Assembly (NCBI GenBank): GCA_030141605.1
Contig: JAQGDQ010000644.1
Coordinates: 1-64,000, forward strand
DNA: 64,000 nt
DNA from: Tubiluchus corallicola
Taxonomy: Eukaryota; Animalia; Priapulida
Direction: 5' to 3'
Shown: positions 1 to 25,668 of the stretch, one piece after another
Layout of the letters: every line of letters begins with the position of its first letter
Numbering within the stretch: position 1 is the first letter of the stretch
The notes under the pieces: generated by a model
Told to the model about the DNA's origin: nothing
Databases searched by the model: none
What the model saw: only the letters and a program-made list of their open reading frames with translations
Translations under genes and position numbers: made by a program

Positions 1-521
1 AATAACACGTTTCAGCATGAAATTATAAGATTTAATTTCTCTTTTGACAGAATGACGACTTTATGTTTTATTAAAGCAACACTGATGGCTACGAACGTAA
101 AAAAAAGAAAGCACACATATATTTAGTTTATACATCTAAATTTCAGATAGTGAAGTGGCTAGTAGAACTTTGCTAAAAAAAACAAGCAGGTCTGACATTA
201 CATTGACTATTATTAATTGTACTTGGCATATGAGAAATACGGCAAGTATAACTTAATTTAGACTTGGTTCTACAGTATAAAACTCACAAAGCAGCTGCAG
301 CTAACTTGACACGCGGAAAAAATGAGGGGACGTTGATTAGCTGGCAATTTACGATTAGCTATCGACGACTCCCCAAATTAGTTGAATAACTAAATACACG
401 TTAGACGCAGGTTCCAGACACTCAAGCAAGACTGTTCTCTGAGATTCTAGAATTTTCCGGTAACAGACAATCCCGCAGTCCAGTGAATGAACAAGCTTTT
501 TTTATTGTCTATGTTCTGGTT

Positions 522-590
522 GGGCGGCCGAGTGGTTTAGATTTCGGACTGTAATCACGCAGTCGTGAGTTCGATACTAGCGGCTGCTTA
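522..590 (+). mobile_element. tRNA-derived SINE head / tRNA-like remnant
   Basis: A-box-like GGCCGAGTGG, anticodon-arm-like CTGTAAT and B-box-like GAGTTCGATAC; no clean acceptor stem. Confidence 0.5.
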
Positions 591-871
591 CGTCAGAGCG
601 TACACCCTAAAATTACACATAAATAACGAATAACATTTAGAAATGTTATTCGTTATTTGTGTGATGTGTAAGTCGCTAAGTAACCGTTAGTACTAATGAT
701 GTCTGTTAAAGGAGGAACGGTAAATAAATCTTGTGTTTGTCTTTCTTTTGCACCAAGCAAGTTACTTGAGTATACCTGTAAATATAAATTAAAAGGAACT
801 TATAATTACTGCATTTCGTATACACAGTACACTTACTTGCATGCTCTCATTCCAAAAATTTGTTTTTTTAG

Positions 872-3800
872 TCCAACACAGACGTGATATATGGCTGGAT
901 TACTGCGGAAAGAAGAGCCAAATTGTTCGATGGGTATGTGTCGTCATCATGGTGATAATAACAATAATTAGTGATATCCGTTCTGCTCTCTTATGTGCTA
1001 CCCAGTAAATAAGCCTTTTCACAGTTTAGCTATGCGCACGCGCAGTTTCTGCAGATCAAAGATTAAGTGTACCGCAACAACGCGTCTTAACCACGACTGT
1101 CGCGTGACATGTGGGCAAAGCAAAGCCGTCTGCCGCATCAGTTCAGTAACTTCAGTTGTTTTACGTGGACATTACATAATTATGAAAAAACTTGTGTGTA
1201 GAGTGATTTACTAGCAGGATCTTGCTTGAGAACAAGAACAAATGAACTAGGCAAGGTTGTAGCTAGCTGTTAAAACTTTTACTATTACAACAGCATGGGC
1301 TGCGAGGCCTTGTCAAGTGTACACAAAAACGTTGTCTGGTACACTTAATCTTTGACCTTTTCACGATCATAGTCAATCGCTGGAACGGTGAAAAGGCTTA
1401 TAAATAACTATCAGTTACTTTATTATGGATAAGAATAAAACTTTCATTGTTTTTTGCAGTTTTTTGACAGGATACTCACATCCTGTAATTGACGATGATC
1501 AGACGGACAGCATTATTCCAATTTTAGCAAAGCAAGAAAATGGGATGCAAACAATTGAATTCAAAAAGCGTATTTTTGCCACTACAGCTCAAGACATTGG
1601 TCTAATCAATACTTACTTGGTTTTTCCTCACCAGCCTACAGGATTTGACGATGACACAAACCGAATCTCAACCAGACAGGGACTGGGACATGTAGTAAAC
1701 CCCGTAGTGGGGCAGCACTTGCTAGGTCCCTTGCCAGCACCCCCAACAGCAGCAGATGATGGTACGTGAAAAACTGCAGTCTCCATTGCGTTAATGTAGA
1801 TAAACTAATTTTAGTTTCAATTTTTATAAAAAATGAAAACCATAAGACAAAATAAAGGTTATTACTAACAACGCCACAAGATATTTTGCTTTAGGGGAAT
1901 TCTTGTAGCGTGAAAATGCCTGTCTTGTGACGTTTTAAAATTGACAAATGAATGATGTGGTTTCTAGAACATAACGTGAGCATTCCAGCACAAATATTTT
2001 CTCGGGTAACGTATTTTTCTAGAATCGTCCTATTATTTTACCATCAAGGAAAACATAACATGTTCCAACTTATGAATACAGAGATCGCAACCAGCGGGGG
2101 TCCACCTCGCCAATTAGCTCTCTTTTTGTCTTCCCTCCTGTATTACTATTATTATTTTTATTTTCTCCAGCCGTACAAAATTTCTGCAACTAAAATTTGT
2201 CTAGCAGTGGTACAGAGACATTATAGTGGTGAAACATTATGTTTGAGTAATAGTTGTGTAGACGTACAGTGCCTGGAAAGATTAGAAACAGTCAGATTTA
2301 TCAGTTTCAAGCCAAAAATCTCTCTCAGCCAGGTAGATAACATGAGCTGAGTCTTCAAGTTAACAAAAACCTCGTCTGTCCCAAGGTAATTAGTTTCCTG
2401 TTTTCTTAATCATGGGTAAAGATTTTATACTGTTACGAGAGATTGCCAAATGCTACTATTGCATTAATGTTCATTAAGGTTGAACATTCAGTATTTGGCA
2501 GACCTCTTTAATTGTTATTCACAGTTTATCTAGGGTACCTAACTAACTTATGTTGTTTAAACCTTATTGCTTATATAAGTCTTTTAGACTGATCACTTAT
2601 AATGTCTCGTATGATCTTATTACGTAAAGGTTTTATACAGGATTCCTGTACCAAATTTTCTTGGTACTAACTAAATTTTTCCAGTACTCAATTTTCCTAG
2701 CACCAAACCTGTTCCGTACCATTTTTACCTTGTACCAGATTTACCTGTACCAAAAATACTTGATAAAACTCCGCCAGTATTGTATTAAATTTTACTAATA
2801 CAACTTTTTCCCATTTGCTACAATTTCGACATTCCAAAAATTCAAAGCAGCAAATTTTCTCAGTACCAAAATGTCCTCGTACCAAAATTACTAGGACCAA
2901 ATTTACTAGAAGCAAATTTTCCACGTTTTTCGGTATGTTTAACATGCTGTAAACATTTACAGCAAGAGAGTTTGTGAGAATGTGTGTTACGTCATCATGT
3001 TGGGCTTGGTTGGCTTGCTGTCTCGGCATATTATTATTTTGTATCATTATGTTAATTGTGTTTACAAAATTACTCTGTTAGCATTGATACTAAACAATAG
3101 TGAACACTTAGTAAACTGTTACCAAATACTACACCATATGAAAGTTTGCACAACACTAAGAACTATTAGATGAGGTAAAAAGCAAACTTGGATTTTTTAT
3201 TCCCGGGCAGGACAGCTTGTACATTTTTAAGACTATGCAACCTGACATGCAGTACCAATCAGGATTCAGTATCAGATCAAAGTGTTAAAAACGCAATACC
3301 TTTTCATTTCAGTTACTTCACCTGTTTACGGTGGACCAGTGGCTGCTAATGGCAATTTTGAATGCGAAGGCTATTGGGCGTATCCAGAAAATTGCCTTAA
3401 AGTAGCATCCTTCTCTGATCCCAGATGTACGTCTAGTCCTTGTTGCCGCTATACAGCTCGATGGAGATATGACGATGCTACCCAGACTGTTACCTTTACT
3501 ATTTCTGCAGAAAGGAATAAGTGGGTTGGCATTGGTTTTTCCAAGGACAAACGGATGGTATTCAATAATGTTGTTTTACAAGATAGGTGACAACTGTTAG
3601 TTGGCAAACTTATTAATTGTTCAGTTGAATGCTATCTTTACACAGTTGATCACTAAAAACTAGCTAGCTAGCTTTACACACAAGCTATATGTGGTAATAA
3701 GTTGATGAGAAGGTATACCACTTTAAAAGCTGTCTCAACAAGAAGCAGTCTTGTGATTAAAAATTGTTTAATTCTTCGGTTCTAACGTTTCGACAATTAG

Positions 3801-5097
3801 CGTTTGTCAAAATCAAAGTGCTTGGAAAATTTTTGCATAGCTTTTGCGTATATACAAACTTAACAGAGATAATACTAGATACTACTTCTTTATATACTAG
3901 ATATTATAATTAAAGTAGTTCGCATAAAAATAGTTTAAAAAGTATCATTACCGTCAGCAACTAATGAAAAATTAGAACAGCCTGATTTACACAAAATGTC
4001 TGATCCAGGACAATCGTGTCTAAAACACTAGCAATCATCAGCAGTAACAGCAACCTTTGTTCTAAATGCTACTTAACGTTTGCAAATTACTCATTAAAAA
4101 TGATTTCGCAATTTTATATAAAATAGTTAATCCAAATTTCTCGCATCTTACAGTCTTGCATTTTTTTAAAGGCGGGCACTGATGTAGTTTACGGATGGAT
4201 AACGGACGCAGGCACAGTCAAACTATATGACAGGTACGCATCTATACAAACTGTGGACTATCGAAAAATAGATCTCTCTGAAATGGCTGGTTTTTTCTTT
4301 TGCATAATTTAGTCAACTAATTCACAACTCACGGTCCATGAAAATTGCAATGGAATTGATTAAACTAATTTTTAATAGGACGAAATGTTGTTACTAGTGC
4401 CAAGTCCACTTTTGTAAGTATTCTAACCCTAAAACAAAATTTTGCCAACAATGTCAGCCCACGACTGGACGTCTGTTTACAGTTGCTCCTTTTTTCAGCT
4501 ATGCCGCTAGATATGGACCTCCGTCTCGTGAGGAGGGACAGACTGACAGCGTTATGCTTTTGGGAGCATCATTGGATGGTGACATACAAACCATAGAATT
4601 TCGCAAATCAATTCTGAGTTATGATGATAAAGACATGGATCTGATGGACACGTTTCTGGTATTTCCTCACCGTCCCGGGGGTTACAACAGCGAGAGAGAG
4701 TCGATATTTATACATGAACGAGGCATCAACAACCCTGTCGTCGATGACGAGTTCAAAGTCAACTTTTTTCCTTGTTTTGTTCAAGCAACAGCATCCTCTC
4801 CGCCTGTTCCTGATATACCTCAGCCCATTAGTGATCAACGAGGTATTTAACATTATACGTGCAAAACATATCTGCAGTTTGTGTCGCTGTTGCTATTGTT
4901 GTTGTCGTCTTCGTCATCATCGTCATTATCGTTGTCACTGTCACTGTCACTGTCGCTCCGGCTATGGTCGGTGTTGCAGTTGCTGTTCCTATTGCTTCCT
5001 ACAACTGCTGCTGGTTGTTGTTGTTGGTGGTGGTGTTGTTGTTGTTGGTGGTGGTGGTGGTGATGGTGTTGTTGTTGTTGTTGTTGTTGTTGCGTTG

Positions 5098-5158
<61 letters not shown>

Positions 5159-5189
5159 GCTGTTGTTGTTGTTGTTGCTGTTGTTGTTG

Positions 5190-5245
<56 letters not shown>

Positions 5246-5255
5246 GTTATTGTTG

Positions 5256-5347
<92 letters not shown>

Positions 5348-8281
5348 AATATTAATATTATTATTGTTATTGTTATTATTATTATTGCTGCTGCAACTGC
5401 TGCTGCTGTTGCTATTGTTGATGATGGTGGTGGCAGCGGTTGTGGGCACTGATGGTGTTCTTGTTGGCGTTGTCGTTGTCGTTGTTGTTGCTACTGCTGC
5501 TGATGCTGTAGTTGTTTTTTTGTTTTTGCTGTTCCTCTTGTCCTTGCTTTTGTTTTTGATGATCTAAAAATATTTTCTTTCTTTCTGTAAATTTACTAGG
5601 TGAACTAATTGGAACACTCAGCACGAACGCCTACAATGTTAAAGGAGACGTCTACATATTGGACGAGAGTCGTATTATGATCGTTGGAATGAATTATGCA
5701 CATCGTTTTGCACCACGTAATAAATTTTTACTATTTTCATGATAATCAGCTATTACACAATGACAAGTTTGTCAAGTAAGCGTGAGTTACTTGAGGTAGC
5801 CTATAGGAGCGCTTCGTCTACTGTTTATTCAATTGCGCACTAAAACGTTTTTTCTGACTCCCAGTCTTAATTGGACCCTAGCAATGATGCATTAAACTAG
5901 GCCTGCTAAATTCTAAAAAGGTCTAAAGATGTCTCGTTGGTGGATATATTTCCTGCTTGTTAATAGAATTACATACGCTGTTTTGTTTCTCAGCCTTTCA
6001 GTCTTACATGTGTCTATCATCAGTAGTGAGAGATCTATTTAAATAGATAAAATATCAAAATACAAGGTTGTAAATATATTTTTGATTTTCTAATTAAAGG
6101 GCAAAAAGTTTAGATTTGATCATTTACTTTGATAAAGTTTAGATAGTGCGTTGATAATTTATTCCATACCTTGCTTTTTCCCATAATATCAGATATTAAT
6201 TTCGTACTACAACTATAATGTTTTGTTTACTTTGTTGATTTAGTTGTTTACTGGTATGCCGGATTCTATGGAGATAGATCGGAACTAAGCCCAAGCCAAG
6301 CTACTAAGTCGCTCGTTGATGGATGCGTCGGATACTGGGGTCAGCAGATCTACAATGAAAATGGAAAGTACGTATTTTATTTGTTTAATCGCTGGTTAAT
6401 TAAAAGATCAGAGATACACAGTCATGTGCGTACTGACGTCAAGCTTCTGTGAAAACTACTATCACACTAAAAATTTGAAAGAGTGGGTGATGTAAGGCTC
6501 TGCAACGACAGCGATTTTGCTTATGCTCCAGTGATGAAAGAAACCTGTTTTCGCTTCGTTTTCTTGTTTTACATACGGAAGGTGAAGTAAGATAAGCTAA
6601 AGTAAGCTAAGGTAAGGTAAGGTAAGGTAATGTAAGGTAAAGTAACGTAAAGCAACGTATGGTAAGGCTAGGCAAGGCAAGACAAAGTAAGACAAGACAC
6701 GCCACGTCAAGCCAAGCCAAGGCAAGGCAAGGCAAGGCAAGAAGGCAAGGTAAGACAAGACAAAGCAAGACAAGACAAGACCAGACAAGGCGAGACGAGA
6801 CGAGACGAGACGAGACGAGACGAGGCGAGGCGAGGCGAGGCGAGGCGAAGCGTGACGAGACCAGACGTGACCAGACCAGACCAGACCAGACCAGACCAGA
6901 CCAGACCAGACCAGACCAGACCAGACCAGACCAGACCAGACCAGACCAGACCAGACCAGACCAGACCAGACAAGACAAGACAAGACAAGACAAGACAAGT
7001 TAAGGCAAGGCAAGGCAAGGCAAGACAAGACAAGACAAGGCAAGGCAAGACAAGGCAAGACAAGACAAGACAAGACAAGACAAGACAAGACAAGACAAGA
7101 CAAGACAAGACAAGACAAGACAAGACAAGACAAGACAAGACAATGCAAGACAAGACAAGACAAGGCAAGGCAAGACAAGACAAGACAAGACAAGAAAAGG
7201 CGAGACGAGGCGAGACGAGACGAGACGAGGCGAGGCGAGGCGAGGCGAGGCGAGGCGAGGCGAGACGAGACGAGACGAGACGAGACGAGACGAGACGAGA
7301 CGAGACGAGAAGAGACAAGACAAGACAAGACAAGACAAGTTAAGGCAAGACGAGACGAGACGAGACGAGACGAGACGAGCGAGACGAGACGAGACGAGCG
7401 AGACGAGACGAGACGAGACGAGACGAGACGAGACGAGACGAGACGAGACGAGACGAGACGAGACAAGACAAGACAAGACAAGACAAGACAAGTTAATTAT
7501 AAACTTCGACAGTCATTTCAATTTTTATTGCAAAAAAAACAACTTTTATTGCAAAATTCTCATATTAATACTTTAGTTCAGAAAAAACTATTGTATAGAT
7601 AAAATGTAGACGAAACACCAATTAATTTATTAGTTCTATCCTTTTAAGTATTCACAAACTCTGTGCTTTTATGAGGTACAATTTACTTCCTAGTCTTAGT
7701 ACCTCTACACTCTTACTATGTCACCTTTTTCTTTTATTGGTTTAATTATTATTATGTGAAATTTTGGTCTCTTATGACTCAAAGTTCAGCTCCTATTTGC
7801 TGCAGTTGTGTTATGTGTACTTGAATGTTTTATAATTGAGACGAAAATAAATTTTATCTACATATCTATCTATCTACTATAGTTCTACTTCTAGAATTAT
7901 AGTTTGTTTCGAAAAAACAAGAAGTTGGGTGTAAACTGTTATGCATTTATGTTATACTGCAATTGCATAATGAGTGCGCATGTTTTTTGCAGTTTTGATA
8001 AAATCAACTATCCATACGAGAATGAGAACATCATTCTTACCATCCCTCCAGAACTTGTCAACCTAGGCTACGACACAAAACGCATGCAGTGGTTGTCCTT
8101 ATGGTGTGAAGACTTCCTTATTGACTTTGGCAGCGTGAAGAAGCCAAACGGTTCCAAACCAAGAAACCTTGTCGTAAATGCGGAACAAGTGTTCGCTCCG
8201 GGTGAAACTTGCAATACCGCACCTTTCCAATGTTCGAACGGCCAAGGTTGTGAAGTTTACGAGAGACTCACCTGTTGCTAA
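872..8281 (+). CDS. DOMON-DOMON-DM13 domain protein (Skeletor/Knickkopf-like domain content), 3' part only; 8 exons visible, start not found in window
   Basis: Exons with AG/GT ends and consistent phase: 872-933, 1460-1761, 3313-3557, 4172-4233, 4499-4842, 5600-5716, 6244-6367, 7993-8281 (stop). DOMON motifs: WVGIGFSKDKRM|AGTDVVYGW, TDVIYGW, QTIEFRK/QTIEFKK. DM13 motifs: GELIGTLSTNAYNVKGDVYILD and WLSLWCEDFLIDFGSV. Confidence 0.88.
1010..1400 (+). mobile_element. Non-autonomous DNA element (MITE) family 1, about 390 bp
   Basis: Terminal inverted repeats TAAGCCTTTTCAC...GTGAAAAGGCTTA; internal sequence shared with five other copies in the window. Confidence 0.88.
2640..2925. repeat. Degenerate GTACCAAA(A)TTTT minisatellite-like array
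   Basis: Multiple GTACCAAA/GTACCAGA/GTACCATT units. Confidence 0.55.
4885..5520. repeat. Compound trinucleotide microsatellite (GTT)n/(ATT)n in an intron
   Basis: Directly visible. Confidence 0.95.
6590..7491. repeat. Compound pentanucleotide microsatellite (GGTAA/GGCAA/GACAA/GACGA/GACCA/GGCGA)n
   Basis: Directly visible. Confidence 0.95.
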
Positions 8282-9985
8282 TGGCTCTGCGTAAGATTTA
8301 AAATACCGCGATAACCTTGCGTTGTGATTACTGGTCATTTTCGCAGCGCCATTAATTTTTATTTTTAGCAGTATGTCATTGTTGAAATGCGGTGATTAAG
8401 CCCTGCGTCATGAAATTAGCATACCTGTATCTTAAGGTGGACATTGTTGCATATAGTCAATAAATCAAGCAAATTATACTTTAAACCTATGCGTTGATCC
8501 AAAAATGACAACATTCCCCGCGGACTTGAACGGTAGCGGAATAATTCATGGGGGGAAGACTAAATTACTAAATACACCTATGCTTGAGTTCAAATAAAAG
8601 CTGCTCGCTAAGCATTCCCTGCTTAGTGCAAGTCAGAACCAGTGTAGAGTTACAGATTGAAATCTAGACATTTTGTGGTTTGGCCCAGTTTGATTTCAAA
8701 AATTCCATTATTAATTAATATCCTTGAAATTACGGTTATATGTTATTAATAAATCATCCACGGATAATATGTCTTACACTTTTACAAACAATTATTCTTT
8801 TTGTAACTATTAATAATTAGTTAGTAATAATTATTATTACTGTAATGCGAGCAAACTAACACTTGGAAACGTTGGATAGATTGATGAACTCAGTTCTGAA
8901 CAAATAGATTTTGTTAAAATTATTGTTATAATAAACGTGTAGGTAGGATTATTTACTAAACAATGCATTCGAAATGACCATTGTTGTGCTTAACAATGGC
9001 CCCTGAATTCGGCACTGTTAATGAACTCTGTGCGATGTTTGTTACCAAGAATAAATGGTATACTAAATACCAAAAACTGTCCTCTTATTAATTATTATAA
9101 TGGCTGTTATAAATTTGTTTTCTGGTCATCTGTTTATACTACTCATACAGGCATCGTAGGCGTGTCATTTGTAACTTTGGTTGAGCAGTCTGGTTTGGAT
9201 ATGAAAATATTTCTTTTTGAACATGCCTTATGGTTTTTATGCATGTGGTCCGAACGCTTTGCGACGTTTTTGCCAAGTATGGGTCACCCAAACAACATCA
9301 GTATATAAATCACAAATGCAATTACATATATAATGTTTCCAAATTGTTAGTGAGGGTTGAATTAAAAGAAATATTAGTAAAAAGTTATACAGAGGAAAAA
9401 TAGAGCAATGGACTACGAAATGACTGTTTTTTTGTAATTAATTTATTTTCTTAATTAACTTTATTAACTGAAAAATCTTATAACAAGATTCATGTTTATG
9501 ACATGTATTTTAAATTATTTACATATATCTTAAATGCAATTCATTAACACAGATTCTGTTCTGTGATGGTTTTGCTTATGATTCGCTTCATAAAGCAAGA
9601 TCGAGAAAACGCTTTCATTTTTCATTTAACAGTCTGAAATATGAACAGCAAGACTATTTAAACATTTTACTGCAATATGAATGTAACCCAATTCTCTGAA
9701 CTTTTGAAACAGACAAAAGCATTACACTTGTTTAATGTAGGACATAAATTTAGAGCAATACATTATTTTCACGAGTTCCACTTCGAATGCGTTTGTCTAC
9801 CAACGTATTATTAGAGGATTTCTGTCTAGGTCATAAAATTAAAATTCTTGCATAGACTTGACTTGATTCAATATGCAGAAATGATCGCGTAGAATGATAA
9901 ATGATAATTCCAAATACATTTATGAAAATTAAGAAACTCTTTAAACAAACATTAAAAACTGAAGTACATACATCACAAGTTGACA

Positions 9986-22838
<12,853 letters not shown>

Positions 22839-23959
22839 TATGCAGACACCTGCTAATAAAAAAGTATCAATTCCACAGACGGTTTAACTCCAGCAGAATT
22901 TTTCCACGCGCATATAATGTTATAGCCATTTAAACATTTAGAAATATGTCCATGTAGCAAAGAACCTCATATCTAAGTGCTTCATTCCGTATTTCAGGTA
23001 ACCTATATATAACTAACGTTTTGCAATTTCACATGCGTAATTTATCTTGCGAATTGGTTTGTCTTTTGCAGACGAATAAATTTAAATTAGGCTTCCTGTC
23101 CAATTAACTTTGCAGATATCTCTAAATGTCACTAAATGTTTTACTAAATGTTTTTAAAAGCTTTCTTTTAACAAAGCTGTTCACAGTATACATAACTCTG
23201 TCATACCGAGCTTCTGATGCTATTCGATATAGTAACCGTGGCTTCCGGGTTTCAAGGATGCGCCCGCCGTTGTATAAGCTGCTATCATAAAACAATTTCT
23301 ATACTAAAACACGAACCGAAGAGCACCTGTTTAGCGCGAAAATGTCGAATTCTAGGATTTAGAATGTCATACTATGCTCGTTCGTATCATTTACTGCGCA
23401 AAAAATTAGTCCGCCTGCCGATACTGTGCGCGTCCACAGAGATTGCAGAAATTATCTCTGTAATGCAGTACATGGAAGTCTACGCATGTTATAGCAAACG
23501 GTGGAATCATTCCATGCTTAGGTCATAAATAGCTTTTTGAGAAGATACGATTAGTGGAATTGGCGAAACTATTAACTCCAGCTCTTCAAAGAGGTCTCCG
23601 GTTTTCAAATTGTGAATTTCTAATAGCATGAGTATAGTAGCTTTTACACGAACGTACTATTATGCTTAAAATCGATTAGTAGAAATTAGTGTACTTCGTA
23701 ATCGTAGTTAGTAATTAGTGCTTATATATTAGCATTGAACCAAAGTTTATTGTTTCGAATTCATGCTCACTTGCGATATTTTCACCTATTTACTTTCAAA
23801 ACTATGTTTGAATTTAAGAAACCCCAGTTTAAACCAAAGCTATTAATGAATTCGGATTGCTCTTGACTAGCGCTGCGCTCGAGTGTAACTTCCGGATTGC
23901 TAGTGCACTCGAACGCAGCATAATTGTCACTTGACTGGTCCTGTGCAGTTCACACGCCA

Positions 23960-24135
23960 GTAGCAACAAAAACAACAACAACAACAACAACAACAGCAAC
24001 AGAAACAGCCCAACAGCAACAGCCCAATAGCAACAGCAACAGCCCAACAGCAACAGCCCAATAGCAACAGCAACAGCAACAGTAGCGACAGCAGCGACAA
24101 CCGCGACAACGGCGACTACAGCAACAACAGCAAAC
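23960..24135. repeat. (CAA/CAG)n degenerate trinucleotide repeat
   Basis: Directly visible. Confidence 0.85.
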
Positions 24136-24677
24136 AGGTTCTCTTAGATCAGGGACGCTAGTCAGCCACGAAGAACATGCATGTTGCAGTAAATGGACGA
24201 TTCTTGCATGAAATGATTTGAATTTCCGCTCGACAAACGCCTTAATCTTGGTAATTTAACAGAATAGCGTGGAATTGTTCGAATCATTTATTTTGAAATC
24301 TCTTACAGCTGATCGAAGCTTACGGTTCAGTTGTGCTTCCTATTCGAAAAACAAAACATGGCCACGACTCACTACGTTGTGTCTTTTATGTTCCGATGAT
24401 CGACATTGTAAATTAGTTATAAACATAATTGTTGTAGAACCTCTTGCCAGTCATTCGTTTAATCGTTTTTTTTATGAAAATGCACAACGTTTTATGAAAC
24501 GGACGCTGCGTGCCTTATTTTATTTTCTAAATATTGTTCTGTATTTTTAAACTTATAAGTAACATTACGTCAATCTACCAACAGCAATTAAAAATTAATA
24601 GCAATTACAACAGAAATCAAAAGACAATTAAGACAATTTGGCAACCATCGTGGATGCCTAAGAGATTAATTGGGTGC

Positions 24678-25186
24678 CAGAGGCGTAGTAAGGTGGAGGA
24701 AGGACAAGAGGCAATCGCCCCAGGCGCCAGCGTGAGAGGGCGCAAAATTTTTCTAGAGTTCAGTGACTGTTAACTATTAATTACTAATCCGACATTAACA
24801 AAAAAACTAAGAAAAGTTTTTAAACTACAACAAAATTACCTAGTCAAAGATCATCATAGCTAACTTAATTTCTGCGCACAGCCTTGAAAAAAAGCCAATG
24901 TTGCTACTTAACGGAGTGTATAGGATGGCGCCTGGGTCAGCACATCGATAATTTTGGGAGAAAGAGTGACGATTCTCTAAAATCCGATTGTATTATTGTG
25001 AAGACCTGTAGTGTTCTGTATATTTCATAATCTTTGCATGTTTTAATGCTGGAGTTGAATGTTAAAGGACTGTCGTGTTACGTGCAACTAATACATAGAA
25101 ACGAGTCATTCTGCTGCAGTACCAAAAATCAAACTCATGAAAAAGTTTTTTGCCCCCGGGCGCCACAAGCACTCCCTACGTCACTG
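24678..25186. mobile_element. MITE with CAG...CTG termini
   Basis: Imperfect TIRs CAGAGGCGTAG / CTACGTCACTG, GC-rich subterminal GGCGCC motifs and similar flanks (TAATTGGGTGC / TAATTGGTAC). Confidence 0.6.
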
Positions 25187-25530
25187 TAATTGGTACAGTT
25201 GAACATCAGGCAAGATGGCTCTGAACCAATGCAGGTGATCTTGACTTTAGGCCAGTCCTTTAAATTGCTTTACGAATTCGGTTCATATAAATCTTTAAGA
25301 TGGCTTTCATACCACTCCCAGAACTGTGTTTGCTGAATGATAAACTCCTATTCACTGAAAGCATCCACTGAAAGTCGTTGAAAACTGCCTTACAAAAATT
25401 GAAATCTGTGTTGGCTATATATGAGTTGGTTTCCCCATCAGATATATACCCAACTGACACTGTTTTCATGTACTTCATCTGATATCATAAGTTACAAAAG
25501 CAGGTTTTTTTGTAAATAATCTTTGGCTAA

Positions 25531-25668
25531 AGTTTACAATTCCCCATACACAAGAAATAAGTTCGTGAAGCGGATTAGGATTAGGGTTAGGATTAGGATT
25601 AGGGTTAGGATTAGGGACAGGGTTAGGGTTAGGATTAGGGTATTTACATTGTGTGGGGAAATGTAAAC
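25531..25668. repeat. Small inverted-repeat element enclosing telomere-like (TTAGGG/TTAGGA)n
   Basis: GTTTACAATTCCCCATACACAA and TTGTGTGGGGAAATGTAAAC are imperfect inverted repeats around a TTAGGG/TTAGGA run at about 25572-25640. Confidence 0.65.

Noticed and set aside
522-590. Functional tRNA-Tyr gene
   Set aside because: Acceptor and anticodon stems do not pair well and there is no clear terminator; more consistent with a SINE head.
3778-3822. Third hammerhead-like motif on the minus strand (GACAA/UUGUC stem, GAAACGUU)
   Set aside because: The CUGANGA core is degenerate (UUGAUUUU) and stem I is unconvincing.
4714-5624. Long poly-N/V/I/L/C/Y ORFs
   Set aside because: Translations of an intronic (GTT)n/(ATT)n microsatellite.
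6597-7491. ORFs of 114-294 aa with SCLVL/TRQDK repeats
   Set aside because: Pentanucleotide repeat lacking stop codons, inside an intron.
8270-8281. C-terminal CC as a Rab-type prenylation signal
   Set aside because: The domain content indicates an extracellular protein, so disulfide bonding is the likelier role.
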